Source: Nemertoderma westbladi (taxonomy: Eukaryota > Animalia > Xenacoelomorpha). From it: DNA of 64,000 nt. Position 1 is the first letter of the stretch. The number at the start of each line of letters is the position of its first letter. The stretch spans positions 1 to 64,000 of the forward strand of contig JAUCBJ010008224.1 of the NCBI GenBank assembly GCA_032718475.1, written 5' to 3'. The position numbers and the translations under genes are program-made. The notes under the pieces are model-generated. The model worked only from the letters and a program-made list of their open reading frames with translations. It was not told the origin of the DNA and did no database searches. Positions 34,291 through 50,500 of the stretch are shown here, in pieces.

Positions 34291-34569
34291 TTTATTTAAC
34301 ATTTATTATCAAAATGAGAGGGCATTTGGGAAACAAGCAGAAGATTATGAGAGCCCTCTCATATGTTCTTACGTTTAAGTGATAGGTTGCGGGTTGTCAT
34401 TTTTCTTGTATGTAATTTTGTTACGTTACGCCCTATATCTATCTACACTGCACGCTGCTTAATTGTACGTTTTCTTTCTCACGAGATGCATTATTAAAAT
34501 TGCACCTATTTATCGGTAAGGGGCATAACTCATTCCGTGTCTTTAAATCCAATCTTTTGTTATTAATAG

Positions 34570-34901
34570 ATTATGCAGATTTTATGCGAAGTAGAACAGT
34601 GTCAACTTCCCCACAATCCATTTACCAACCCGGACACATCCATAGAGACAAACCGATAACCAACGCAGTTCGCAGTTACTACGGAAGTTCCGTGAAAAAT
34701 ACAAAAACTGTTGAATCACAACGCAGATCTCCCTTCCACAATGTCGACACGCAGTTTGCGTTAGACGAAGATATCGGATCATCAGCGGAAGGTGATAATT
34801 ACTTGTCGTCACCAGACTTTAAAGCCGACATTAATAAGATCGCTTCGGGGACACAGATATTGGATACCACATACACATATAAATACTCATCTTCTTTGTA
34901 G
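34570..34901 (+). other. Possible terminal coding exon of a host gene
   Basis: GTAAG donor at 34516, AG acceptor at 34569 (54-bp in-frame intron), open frame to TAG at 34901, AATAAA at ~34972. Confidence 0.35.
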
Positions 34902-35576
34902 AAGATTTTTATTGTAACTATTTTTGTCTATTTTTATACTTTATGTTGTTAACTTAACTTTTCTTTGTGTAAATAAATACAAACATTTACTTTTTATGTA
35001 ATGTATCGTTTATATTATTATTATTAATTATTAAAAGGACATTTCGATTGATTAATATTTGTCTAATTAAACTTTATTTTGGTTCAAGTGGATCATCATC
35101 CAATTATATCAGTTTCTGGAAATTAAGGATATTTATTATAACTTAATATACTATTGTATTTTATATACATTATTTTACTAGAATTTTACCAGCAAGCTAG
35201 CTTTAAACGAACCTGCCCCTCAAACAAGTACCCTGAGTGAACGAAAATGAAAACACGATAATTGCCATCAATTCAACGATAGAAACACCAGCTGCTGGTA
35301 TTCATGAGGGCCTAGTAAGCTACTACTATTGATTGAATGGATAGCCCAAACTGCAGAGAAGTATATTACTTGCCAAATTTATTACTATCTCACTCTAACC
35401 CAGACAGTAATCAAATATCAACTGTTATTTTGTATAATGTACTGTATTACCCCATAAGCTGAATAGCTCTTCCCAGTGAATTGAATCCTATGGGAATATT
35501 GCTAACATTCTAGCTAACATTCTGTGGATTAAATCTAAGATTAAGTTCAGTGGACCTGCGAATCTTATTACACATT

Positions 35577-38500
35577 GCCACGTTCTACCTACCCAACCAC
35601 TCCAAGTTGGCACGTTCTACCACACAGCAACCTACCCAACCACTCCAAATTGGCACGTTCTACCACACAGCAACCTACCCAACCACTCCAAGTTGGCACG
35701 TTCTACCACACAGCAACCTACCCAACCACTCCTAGTTGGCACGTTCTACCACACAGCAACCTACCCAACCACTCCTAGTTGGCACGTTCTACCACACAGC
35801 AACCTACCCAACCACTCCAAGTTGGCACGTTCTACCACACAGCAACCTACCCAACCACTCCAAGTTGGCACGTTCTACCACACAGCAACCTACCCAACCA
35901 CTCCAAGTTGACACGTTCTACCACACAGCAACCTACCCAACCACTCCAAGTTGGCACGTTCTACCACACAGCAACCTACCCAACCACTCCAAGTTGGCAC
36001 GTTCTACCACACAGCAACCTACCCAACCACTCCTAGTTGGCACGTTCTACCACACAGCAACCTACCCAACCACTCCAAGTTGGCACGTTCTACCACACAG
36101 CAACCTACCCAACCACTCCAAGTTGGCACGTTCTACCACACAGCAACCTACCCAACCACTCCAAGTTGGCACGTTCTACCACACAGCAACCTACCCAACC
36201 ACTCCAAGTTGACACGTTCTACCACACAGCAACCTACCCAACCACTCCAAGTTGACACGTTCTACCACACAGCAACCTACCCAACCACTCCAAGTTGACA
36301 CGTTCTACCACACAGCAACCTACCCAACCACTCCAAGTTGGCACGTTCTACCACACAGCAACCTACCCAACCACTCCTAGTTGCAACGTTCTACCACACA
36401 GCAACCTACCCAACCACTCCTAGTTGCAACGTTCTACCACACAGCAACCTACCCAACCACTCCAAGTTGGCACGTTCTACCACACAGCAACCTACCCAAC
36501 CACTCCAAGTTGGCACGTTCTACCACACAGCAACCTACCCAACCACTCCAAGTTGACACGTTCTACCACACAGCAACCTACCCAACCACTCCAAGTTGGC
36601 ACGTTCTACCACACAGCAACCTACCCAACCACTCCAAGTTGGCACGTTCTACCACACAGCAACCTACCCAACCACTCCTAGTTGCAACGTTCTAACCACC
36701 ACGCAGCAACCTACCCAACCACTCCAAGTTGGCACGTTCTAACCACCACGCAGCAACCTACCCAACCACTCCAAGTTGGCACGTTCTACCACACAGCAAC
36801 CTACCCAACCACTCCTAGTTGCAACGTTCTAACCACCACGCAGCAACCTACCCAACCACTCCAAGTTGGCACGTTCTAACCACCACGCAGCAACCTACCC
36901 AACCACTCCAAGTTGGCACGTTCTACCACACAGCAACCTACCCAACCACTCCAAGTTGGCACGTTCTACCACACAGCAACCTACCCAACCACTCCAAGTT
37001 GACACGTTCTAACCACCACGCAGCAACCTACCCAACCACTCCAAGTTGGCACGTTCTACCACACAGCAACCTACCCAACCACTCCAAGTTGGCACGTTCT
37101 ACCACACAGCAACCTACCCAACCACTCCTAGTTGGCACGTTCTACCACACAGCAACCTACCCAACCACTCCAAGTTGGCACGTTCTAACCACCACGCAGC
37201 AACCTACCCAACCACTCCAAGTTGGCACGTTCTAACCACCACCAGCAACCTACCCAACCACTCCAAGTTGGCACGTTCTAACCACCACGCAGCAACCTAC
37301 CCAACCACTCCAAGTTGGCACGTTCTACCACACAGCAACCTACCCAACCACTCCTAGTTGGCACGTTCTACCACACAGCAACCTACCCAACCACTCCAAG
37401 TTGACACGTTCTAACCACCACGCAGCAACCTACCCAACCACTCCAAGTTGGCACGTTCTACCACACAGCAACCTACACAACCACTCCTAGTTGGCACGTT
37501 CTACCACGCAGCAACCTACCCAACCACTCCAAGTTGCACGTTCTAACCACCACGCAGCAACCTACCCAACCACTCCTAGTTGGCACGTTCTAACCACCAC
37601 GCAGCAACCTACCCAACCACTCCAAGTTGGCACGTTCTACCACACAGCAACCTACCCAACCACTCCTAGTTGCAACGTTCTAACCACCACGCAGCAACCT
37701 ACCCAACCACTCCAAGTTGGCACGTTCTACCACACAGCAACCTACCCAACCACTCCTAGTTGGCACGTTCTACCACACAGCAACCTACCCAACCACTCCA
37801 AGTTGGCACGTTCTACCACACAGCAACCTACCCAACCACTCCAAGTTGGCACGTTCTACCACACAGCAACCTACCCAACCACTCCAAGTTGGCACGTTCT
37901 ACCACACAGCAACCTACCCAACCACTCCAAGTTGGCACGTTCTAACCACCACGCAGCAACCTACCCAACCACTCCAAGTTGGCACGTTCTAACCACCACG
38001 CAGCAACCTACCCAACCACTCCAAGTTGGCACGTTCTAACCACCACGCAGCAACCTACCCAACCACTCCAAGTTGGCACGTTCTAACCACCACGCAGCAA
38101 CCTACCCAACCACTCCAAGTTGGCACGTTCTACCACACAGCAACCTACCCAACCACTCCAAGTAGGCACGTTCTACCACACAGCAACCTACCCAACCACT
38201 CCAAGTTGGCACGTTCTACCACACAGCAACCTACCCAACCACTCCTAGTTGCAACGTTCTAACCACCACGCAGCAACCTACCCAACCACTCCAAGTTGGC
38301 ACGTTCTACCACACAGCAACCTACCCAACCACTCCAAGTTGGCACGTTCTACCACACAGCAACCTACCCAACCACTCCAAGTTGGCACGTTCTACCACCA
38401 CGCAGCAACCTACCCAACCACTCCAAGTTGGCACGTTCTACCACACAGCAACCTACCCAACCACTCCAAGTTGGCACGTTCTAACCACCACGCAGCAACC

Positions 38501-41500
38501 TACCCAACCACTCCAAGTTGGCACGTTCTAACCACCACGCAGCAACCTACCCAACCACTCCAAGTTGGCACGTTCTACCACACAGCAACCTACCCAACCA
38601 CTCCAAGTTGGCACGTTCTACCACACAGCAACCTACCCAACCACTCCAAGTTGGCACGTTCTACCACGCAGCAACCTACCCAACCACTCCAAATTGGCAC
38701 GTTCTACCACGCAGCAACCTACCCAACCACTCCAAGTTGGCACGTTCTACCACACAGCAACCTACCCAACCACTCCAAGTTGGCACGTTCTGCCACACAG
38801 CAACCTACCCAACCACTCCAAGTTGGCACGTTCTACCACACAGCAACCTACCCAACCACTCCAAGTTGGCACGTTCTACCACACAGCAACCTACCCAACC
38901 ACTCCAAGTTGGCACGTTCTACCACACAGCAACCTACCCAACCACTCCTAGTTGCAACGTTCTAACCACCACGCAGCAACCTACCCAACCACTCCAAGTT
39001 GGCACGTTCTACCACACAGCAACCTACCCAACCACTCCAAGTTGGCACGTTCTACCACACAGCAACCTACCCAACCACTCCAAGTTGGCACGTTCTACCA
39101 CACAGCAACCTACCCAACCACTCCAAGTTGGCACGTTCTACCACACAGCAACCTACCCAACCACTCCAAGTTGGCACGTTCTACCACACAGCAACCTACC
39201 CAACCACTCCAAGTTGGCACGTTCTACCACACAGCAACCTACCCAACCACTCCAAGTTGGCACGTTCTACCACACAGCAACCTACCCAACCACTCCAAGT
39301 TGGCACGTTCTAACCACCACGCAGCAACCTACCCAACCACTCCAAGTTGGCACGTTCTAACCACCACGCAGCAACCTACCCAACCACTCCTAGTTGCAAC
39401 GTTCTAACCACCACGCAGCAACCTACCCAACCACTCCAAGTTGGCACGTTCTACCACACAGCAACCTACCCAACCACTCCTAGTTGCAACGTTCTAACCA
39501 CCACGCAGCAACCTACCCAACCACTCCAAGTAGGCACGTTCTAACCACCACGCAGCAACCTACCCAACCACTCCAAGTTGGCACGTTCTACCACACAGCA
39601 ACCTACCCAACCACTCCAAGTTGGCACGTTCTACCACACAGCAACCTACCCAACCACTCCAAGTTGGCACGTTCTAACCACCACGCAGCAACCTACCCAA
39701 CCACTCCAAGTTGGCACGTTCTAACCACCACGCAGCAACCTACCCAACCACTCCAAGTTGGCACGTTCTACCACACAGCAACCTACCCAACCACTCCTAG
39801 TTGGCACGTTCTAACCACCACCAGCAACCTACCCAACCACTCCAAGTTGGCACGTTCTACCACACAGCAACCTACCCAACCACTCCAAGTTGGCACGTTC
39901 TAACCACCACGCAGCAACCTACCCAACCACTCCAAGTTGGCACGTTCTAACCACCACGCAGCAACCTACCCAACCACTCCAAGTTGGCACGTTCTACCAC
40001 ACAGCAACCTACCCAACCACTCCAAGTTGGCACGTTCTAACCACCACGCAGCAACCTACCCAACCACTCCAAGTTGGCACGTTCTACCACACAGCAACCT
40101 ACCCAACCACTCCAAGTTGGCACGTTCTACCACACAGCAACCTACCCAACCACTCCAAGTTGGCACGTTCTACCACAGCAGCAACCTACCCAACCACTCC
40201 AAGTTGGCACGTTCTACCACACAGCAACCTACCCAACCACTCCAAGTTGGCACGTTCTACCACACAGCAACCTACCCAACCACTCCAAGTTGGCACGTTC
40301 TAACCACCACGCAGCAACCTACCCAACCACTCCAAGTTGGCACGTTCTACCACACAGCAACCTACCCAACCACTCCAAGTTGGCACGTTCTAACCACCAC
40401 CAGCAACCTACCCAACCACTCCAAGTTGGCACGTTCTACCACACAGCAACCTACCCAACCACTCCAAGTTGGCACGTTCTAACCACCACGCAGCAACCTA
40501 CCCAACCACTCCAAGTTGGCACGTTCTACCACACAGCAACCTACCCAACCACTCCAAGTTGGCACGTTCTACCACACAGCAACCTACCCAACCACTCCAA
40601 GTTGGCACGTTCTAACCACCACGCAGCAACCTACCCAACCACTCCAAGTTGGCACGTTCTACCACACAGCAACCTACCCAACCACTCCAAGTTGGCACGT
40701 TCTACCACACAGCAACCTACCCAACCACTCCAAGTTGGCACGTTCTACCACACAGCAACCTACCCAACCACTCCAAGTTGGCACGTTCTACCACACAGCA
40801 ACCTACCCAACCACTCCAAGTTGGCACGTTCTAACCACCACGCAGCAACCTACCCAACCACTCCAAGTTGGCACGTTCTAACCACCACGCAGCAACCTAC
40901 CCAACCACTCCAAGTTGGCACGTTCTACCACACAGCAACCTACCCAACCACTCCAAGTTGGCACGTTCTACCACACAGCAACCTACCCAACCACTCCAAG
41001 TTGGCACGTTCTAACCACCACGCAGCAACCTACCCAACCACTCCAAGTTGGCACGTTCTACCACACAGCAACCTACCCAACCACTCCAAGTTGGCACGTT
41101 CTAACCACCACGCAGCAACCTACCCAACCACTCCAAGTTGGCACGTTCTAACCACCACGCAGCAACCTACCCAACCACTCCAAGTTGGCACGTTCTACCA
41201 CACAGCAACCTACCCAACCACTCCAAGTTGGCACGTTCTAACCACCACGCAGCAACCTACCCAACCACTCCAAGTTGGCACGTTCTAACCACCACGCAGC
41301 AACCTACCCAACCACTCCAAGTTGGCACGTTCTAACCACCACGCAGCAACCTACCCAACCACTCCAAGTTGGCACGTTCTACCACACAGCAACCTACCCA
41401 ACCACTCCAAGTTGGCACGTTCTAACCACCACGCAGCAACCTACCCAACCACTCCAAGTTGGCACGTTCTAACCACCACGCAGCAACCTACCCAACCACT

Positions 41501-44500
41501 CCAAGTTGGCACGTTCTACCACACAGCAACCTACCCAACCACTCCAAGTTGGCACGTTCTAACCACCACGCAGCAACCTACCCAACCACTCCAAGTTGGC
41601 ACGTTCTACCACACAGCAACCTACCCAACCACTCCAAGTTGGCACGTTCTACCACACAGCAACCTACCCAACCACTCCAAGTTGGCACGTTCTAACCACC
41701 ACGCAGCAACCTACCCAACCACTCCAAGTTGGCACGTTCTACCACACAGCAACCTACCCAACCACTCCAAGTTGGCACGTTCTACCACACAGCAACCTAC
41801 CCAACCACTCCAAGTTGGCACGTTCTAACCACCACGCAGCAACCTACCCAACCACTCCAAGTTGGCACGTTCTACCACACAGCAACCTACCCAACCACTC
41901 CAAGTTGGCACGTTCTAACCACCACGCAGCAACCTACCCAACCACTCCAAGTTGGCACGTTCTACCACACAGCAACCTACCCAACCACTCCAAGTTGGCA
42001 CGTTCTACCACACAGCAACCTACCCAACCACTCCAAGTTGGCACGTTCTAACCACCACGCAGCAACCTACCCAACCACTCCAAGTTGGCACGTTCTACCA
42101 CACAGCAACCTACCCAACCACTCCAAGTTGGCACGTTCTAACCACCACGCAGCAACCTACCCAACCACTCCAAGTTGGCACGTTCTAACCACCACGCAGC
42201 AACCTACCCAACCACTCCAAGTTGGCACGTTCTACCACACAGCAACCTACCCAACCACTCCAAGTTGCAACGTTCTAACCACCACCAGCAACCTACCCAA
42301 CCACTCCAAGTTGGCACGTTCTACCACACAGCAACCTACCCAACCACTCCAAGTTGGCACGTTCTACCACACAGCAACCTACCCAACCACTCCAAGTTGG
42401 CACGTTCTACCACACAGCAACCTACCCAACCACTCCTAGTTGGCACGTTCTACCACACAGCAACCTACCCAACCACTCCAAGTTGGCACGTTCTAACCAC
42501 CACGCAGCAACCTACCCAACCACTCCAAGTTGGCACGTTCTAACCACCACGCAGCAACCTACCCAACCACTCCAAGTTGGCACGTTCTACCACACAGCAA
42601 CCTACCCAACCACTCCAAGTTGACACGTTCTACCACGCAGCAACCTACCCAACCACTCCAAGTTGGCACGTTCTAACCACCACGCAGCAACCTACCCAAC
42701 CACTCCAAGTTGGCACGTTCTACCACACAGCAACCTACCCAACCACTCCAAGTTGGCACGTTCTAACCACCACGCAGCAACCTACCCAACCACTCCAAGT
42801 TGGCACGTTCTAACCACCACGCAGCAACCTACCCAACCACTCCAAGTTGGCACGTTCTACCACACAGCAACCTACCCAACCACTCCAAGTTGACACGTTC
42901 TACCACACAGCAACCTACCCAACCACTCCAAGTTGGCACGTTCTACCACACAGCAACCTACCCAACCACTCCAAGTTGGCACGTTCTACCACACAGCAAC
43001 CTACCCAACCACTCCAAGTTGGCACGTTCTACCACACAGCAACCTACCCAACCACTCCAAGTTGGCACGTTCTACCACACAGCAACCTACCCAACCACTC
43101 CAAGTTGGCACGTTCTACCACACAGCAACCTACCCAACCACTCCAAGTTGGCACGTTCTACCACACAGCAACCTACCCAACCACTCCAAGTTGGCACGTT
43201 CTACCACACAGCAACCTACCCAACCACTCCAAGTTGGCACGTTCTAACCACCACGCAGCAACCTACCCAACCACTCCAAGTTGGCACGTTCTAACCACCA
43301 CGCAGCAACCTACCCAACCACTCCAAGTTGGCACGTTCTAACCACCACGCAGCAACCTACCCAACCACTCCAAGTTGGCACGTTCTACCACACAGCAACC
43401 TACCCAACCACTCCAAGTTGGCACGTTCTACCACACAGCAACCTACCCAACCACTCCAAGTTGGCACGTTCTACCACACAGCAACCTACCCAACCACTCC
43501 AAGTTGGCACGTTCTACCACACAGCAACCTACCCAACCACTCCAAGTTGGCACGTTCTACCACACAGCAACCTACCCAACCACTCCAAGTTGGCACGTTC
43601 TACCACACAGCAACCTACCCAACCACTCCAAGTTGGCACGTTCTACCACACAGCAACCTACCCAACCACTCCAAGTTGGCACGTTCTAACCACCACGCAG
43701 CAACCTACCCAACCACTCCAAGTTGGCACGTTCTAACCACCACGCAGCAACCTACCCAACCACTCCAAGTTGGCACGTTCTAACCACCACGCAGCAACCT
43801 ACCCAACCACTCCAAGTTGGCACGTTCTAACCACCACGCAGCAACCTACCCAACCACTCCAAGTTGGCACGTTCTAACCACCACGCAGCAACCTACCCAA
43901 CCACTCCAAGTTGGCACGTTCTAACCACCACGCAGCAACCTACCCAACCACTCCAAGTTGGCACGTTCTACCACACAGCAACCTACCCAACCACTCCAAG
44001 TTGGCACGTTCTAACCACCACGCAGCAACCTACCCAACCACTCCAAGTTGGCACGTTCTACCACACAGCAACCTACCCAACCACTCCAAGTTGGCACGTT
44101 CTACCACACAGCAACCTACCCAACCACTCCAAGTTGGCACGTTCTAACCACCACGCAGCAACCTACCCAACCACTCCAAGTTGGCACGTTCTACCACACA
44201 GCAACCTACCCAACCACTCCAAGTTGGCACGTTCTAACCACCACGCAGCAACCTACCCAACCACTCCAAGTTGGCACGTTCTAACCACCACGCAGCAACC
44301 TACCCAACCACTCCAAGTTGGCACGTTCTACCACACAGCAACCTACCCAACCACTCCAAGTTGGCACGTTCTAACCACACAGCAACCTACCCAACCACTC
44401 CAAGTTGGCACGTTCTAACCACCACGCAGCAACCTACCCAACCACTCCAAGTTGGCACGTTCTACCACACAGCAACCTACCCAACCACTCCAAGTTGGCA

Positions 44501-47500
44501 CGTTCTAACCACCACGCAGCAACCTACCCAACCACTCCAAGTTGGCACGTTCTACCACACAGCAACCTACCCAACCACTCCAAGTTGGCACGTTCTAACC
44601 ACCACGCAGCAACCTACCCAACCACTCCAAGTTGGCACGTTCTAACCACCACGCAGCAACCTACCCAACCACTCCAAGTTGGCACGTTCTAACCACCACG
44701 CAGCAACCTACCCAACCACTCCAAGTTGGCACGTTCTACCACACAGCAACCTACCCAACCACTCCAAGTTGGCACGTTCTAACCACCACGCAGCAACCTA
44801 CCCAACCACTCCAAGTTGGCACGTTCTACCACACAGCAACCTACCCAACCACTCCAAGTTGGCACGTTCTAACCACCACGCAGCAACCTACCCAACCACT
44901 CCAAGTTGGCACGTTCTAACCACCACGCAGCAACCTACCCAACCACTCCAAGTTGGCACGTTCTAACCACCACGCAGCAACCTACCCAACCACTCCAAGT
45001 TGGCACGTTCTACCACACAGCAACCTACCCAACCACTCCAAGTTGGCACGTTCTACCACACAGCAACCTACCCAACCACTCCAAGTTGGCACGTTCTAAC
45101 CACCACGCAGCAACCTACCCAACCACTCCAAGTTGGCACGTTCTACCACACAGCAACCTACCCAACCACTCCAAGTTGGCACGTTCTACCACACAGCAAC
45201 CTACCCAACCACTCCAAGTTGGCACGTTCTAACCACCACGCAGCAACCTACCCAACCACTCCAAGTTGGCACGTTCTAACCACCACGCAGCAACCTACCC
45301 AACCACTCCAAGTTGGCACGTTCTACCACACAGCAACCTACCCAACCACTCCTAGTTGCAACGTTCTAACCACCACGCAGCAACCTACCCAACCACTCCA
45401 AGTTGGCACGTTCTACCACACAGCAACCTACCCAACCACTCCTAGTTGCAACGTTCTACCACACAGCAACCTACCCAACCACTCCAAGTTGGCACGTTCT
45501 ACCACACAGCAACCTACCCAACCACTCCAAGTTGGCACGTTCTAACCACCACGCAGCAACCTACCCAACCACTCCAAGTTGGCACGTTCTACCACACAGC
45601 AACCTACCCAACCACTCCAAGTTGGCACGTTCTACCACACAGCAACCTACCCAACCACTCCAAGTTGGCACGTTCTAACCACCACGCAGCAACCTACCCA
45701 ACCACTCCAAGTTGGCACGTTCTACCACACAGCAACCTACCCAACCACTCCAAGTTGGCACGTTCTACCACACAGCAACCTACCCAACCACTCCTAGTTG
45801 CAACGTTCTAACCACCACGCAGCAACCTACCCAACCACTCCAAGTTGGCACGTTCTACCACACAGCAACCTACCCAACCACTCCTAGTTGCAACGTTCTA
45901 CCACACAGCAACCTACCCAACCACTCCAAGTTGGCACGTTCTACCACACAGCAACCTACCCAACCACTCCAAGTTGGCACGTTCTACCACAGCAGCAACC
46001 TACCCAACCACTCCAAGTTGGCACGTTCTACCACACAGCAACCTACCCAACCACTCCAAGTTGGCACGTTCTACCACACAGCAACCTACCCAACCACTCC
46101 TAGTTGGCACGTTCTACCACACAGCAACCTACCCAACCACTCCAAGTTGGCACGTTCTACCACACAGCAACCTACCCAACCACTCCAAGTTGGCACGTTC
46201 TACCACACAGCAACCTACCCAACCACTCCAAGTAGGCACGTTCTAACCACCACGCAGCAACCTACCCAACCACTCCAAGTTGGCACGTTCTACCACACAG
46301 CAACCTACCCAACCACTCCTAGTTGCAACGTTCTACCACACAGCAACCTACCCAACCACTCCTAGTTGGCACGTTCTAACCACCACGCAGCAACCTACCC
46401 AACCACTCCAAGTTGGCACGTTCTACCACACAGCAACCTACCCAACCACTCCAAGTTGGCACGTTCTACCACACAGCAACCTACCCAACCACTCCTAGTT
46501 GCAACGTTCTACCACACAGCAACCTACCCAACCACTCCAAGTTGACACGTTCTACCACACAGCAACCTACCCAACCACTCCAAGTTGGCACGTTCTACCA
46601 CACAGCAACCTACCCAACCACTCCAAGTAGGCACGTTCTAACCACCACGCAGCAACCTACCCAACCACTCCAAGTTGGCACGTTCTACCACACAGCAACC
46701 TACCCAACCACTCCAAGTTGGCACGTTCTAACCACACAGCAACCTACCCAACCACTCCAAGTTGGCACGTTCTACCACACAGCAACCTACCCAACCACTC
46801 CAAGTTGGCACGTTCTACCACACAGCAACCTACCCAACCACTCCTAGTTGCAACGTTCTAACCACCACGCAGCAACCTACCCAACCACTCCAAGTTGGCA
46901 CGTTCTACCACACAGCAACCTACCCAACCACTCCTAGTTGCAACGTTCTAACCACCACGCAGCAACCTACCCAACCACTCCAAGTTGGCACGTTCTACCA
47001 CACAGCAACCTACCCAACCACTCCTAGTTGCAACGTTCTAACCACCACGCAGCAACCTACCCAACCACTCCAAGTTGGCACGTTCTACCACACAGCAACC
47101 TACCCAACCACTCCTAGTTGCAACGTTCTAACCACCACGCAGCAACCTACCCAACCACTCCAAGTTGGCACGTTCTACCACACAGCAACCTACCCAACCA
47201 CTCCTAGTTGCAACGTTCTAACCACCACACAGCAACCTACCCAACCACTCCAAGTTGGCACGTTCTACCACACAGCAACCTACCCAACCACTCCTAGTTG
47301 CAACGTTCTAACCACCACGCAGCAACCTACCCAACCACTCCAAGTTGGCACGTTCTACCACACAGCAACCTACCCAACCACTCCAAGTTGGCACGTTCTA
47401 CCACACAGCAACCTACCCAACCACTCCAAGTTGGCACGTTCTAACCACCACGCAGCAACCTACCCAACCACTCCAAGTTGGCACGTTCTACCACACAGCA

Positions 47501-50500
47501 ACCTACCCAACCACTCCAAGTTGACACGTTCTACCACACAGCAACCTACCCAACCACTCCAAGTTGACACGTTCTACCACACAGCAACCTACCCAACCAC
47601 TCCAAGTTGGCACGTTCTGCCACACAGCAACCTACCCAACCACTCCAAGTTGGCACGTTCTGCCACACAGCAACCTACCCAACCACTCCAAGTTGGCACG
47701 TTCTACCACACAGCAACCTACCCAACCACTCCAAGTTGGCACGTTCTACCGCACAGCAACCTACCCAACCACTCCAAGTTGGCACGTTCTACCACACAGC
47801 AACCTACCCAACCACTCCAAGTTGACACGTTCTACCACACAGCAACCTACCCAACCACTCCAAGTTGGCACGTTCTGCCACACAGCAACCTACCCAACCA
47901 CTCCAAGTTGGCACGTTCTGCCACACAGCAACCTACCCAACCACTCCAAGTTGGCACGTTCTACCACACAGCAACCTACCCAACCACTCCAAGTTGGCAC
48001 GTTCTAACCACCACGCAGCAACCTACCCAACCACTCCAAGTTGGCACGTTCTACCACACAGCAACCTACCCAACCACTCCAAGTTGACACGTTCTACCAC
48101 ACAGCAACCTACCCAACCACTCCAAGTTGCAACGTTCTAACCACCACACAGCAACCTACCCAACCACTCCAAGTTGGCACGTTCTAACCACCACGCAGCA
48201 ACCTACCCAACCACTCCAAGTTGGCACGTTCTACCACACAGCAACCTACCCAACCACTCCAAGTTGGCACGTTCTACCACACAGCAACCTACCCAACCAC
48301 TCCAAGTTGGCACGTTCTACCACACAGCAACCTACACAACCACTCCTAGTTGCAACGTTCTAACCACCACGCAGCAACCTACCCAACCACTCCAAGTTGG
48401 CACATTCTACCACACAGCAACCTACCCAACCACTCCAAGTAGGCACGTTCTGCCACACAGCAACCTACCCAACCACTCCTAGTTGCAACGTTCTACCACA
48501 CAGCAACCTACCCAACCACTCCAAGTTGGCACGTTCTACCACACAGCAACCTACCCAACCACTCCTAGTTGACACGTTCTAACCACCACGCAGCAACCTA
48601 CCCAACCACTCCAAGTTGACACGTTCTAACCACCACGCAGCAACCTACCCAACCACTCCAAGTTGGCACGTTCTAACCACCACACAGCAACCTACCCAAC
48701 CACTCCTAGTTGGCACGTTCTAACCACCACGCAGCAACCTACCCAACCACTCCAAGTAGGCACGTTCTACCACACAGCAACCTACCCAACCACTCCAAGT
48801 TGGCACGTTCTACCACACAGCAACCTACCCAACCACTCCTAGTTGGCACGTTCTACCACACAGCAACCTACCCAACCACTCCAAGTTGGCACGTTCTACC
48901 ACACAGCAACCTACCCAACCACTCCAAGTTGGCACGTTCTAACCACCACGCAGCAACCTACCCAACCACTCCAAGTTGGCACGTTCTACCACACAGCAAC
49001 CTACCCAACCACTCCAAGTTGACACGTTCTACCACACAGCAACCTACCCAACCACTCCAAGTTGACACGTTCTACCACACAGCAACCTACCCAACCACTC
49101 CAAGTTGGCACGTTCTGCCACACAGCAACCTACCCAACCACTCCAAGTTGGCACGTTCTAACCACCACGCAGCAACCTACCCAACCACTCCAAGTTGGCA
49201 CGTTCTACCACACAGCAACCTACCCAACCACTCCAAGTTGACACGTTCTACCACACAGCAACCTACCCAACCACTCCAAGTTGGCACGTTCTACCACACA
49301 GCAACCTACCCAACCACTCCTAGTTGGCACGTTCTACCACACAGCAACCTACCCAACCACTCCTAGTTGGCACGTTCTAACCACCACGCAGCAACCTACC
49401 CAACCACTCCAAGTTGGCACGTTCTAACCACCACACAGCAACCTACCCAACCACTCCAAGTTGGCACGTTCTACCACACAGCAACCTACCCAACCACTCC
49501 AAGTTGGCACGTTCTACCACACAGCAACCTACCCAACCACTCCAAGTTGGCACGTTCTACCACACAGCAACCTACCCAACCACTCCAAGTTGGCACGTTC
49601 TACCACACAGCAACCTACCCAACCACTCCAAGTTGGCACGTTCTACCACACAGCAACCTACCCAACCACTCCAAGTTGGCACGTTCTACCACACAGCAAC
49701 CTACCCAACCACTCCAAGTTGGCACGTTCTACCACACAGCAACCTACCCAACCACTCCAAGTTGGCACGTTCTACCACACAGCAACCTACCCAACCACTC
49801 CAAGTTGGCACGTTCTACCACACAGCAACCTACCCAACCACTCCAAGTTGGCACGTTCTACCACACAGCAACCTACCCAACCACTCCTAGTTGGCACGTT
49901 CTAACCACCACGCAGCAACCTACCCAACCACTCCAAGTAGGCACGTTCTACCACACAGCAACCTACCCAACCACTCCAAGTTGGCACGTTCTACCACACA
50001 GCAACCTACCCAACCACTCCAAGTTGGCACGTTCTACCACACAGCAACCTACCCAACCACTCCAAGTTGGCACGTTCTACCACACAGCAACCTACCCAAC
50101 CACTCCAAGTTGGCACGTTCTACCACACAGCAACCTACCCAACCACTCCTAGTTGGCACGTTCTAACCACCACGCAGCAACCTACCCAACCACTCCAAGT
50201 TGGCACGTTCTACCACACAGCAACCTACCCAACCACTCCAAGTTGCAACGTTCTAACCACCACGCAGCAACCTACCCAACCACTCCAAGTTGGCACGTTC
50301 TACCACACAGCAACCTACCCAACCACTCCAAGTTGGCACGTTCTACCACACAGCAACCTACCCAACCACTCCTAGTTGGCACGTTCTACCACACAGCAAC
50401 CTACCCAACCACTCCAAGTAGGCACGTTCTACCACACAGCAACCTACCCAACCACTCCAAGTTGGCACGTTCTACCACACAGCAACCTACCCAACCACTC

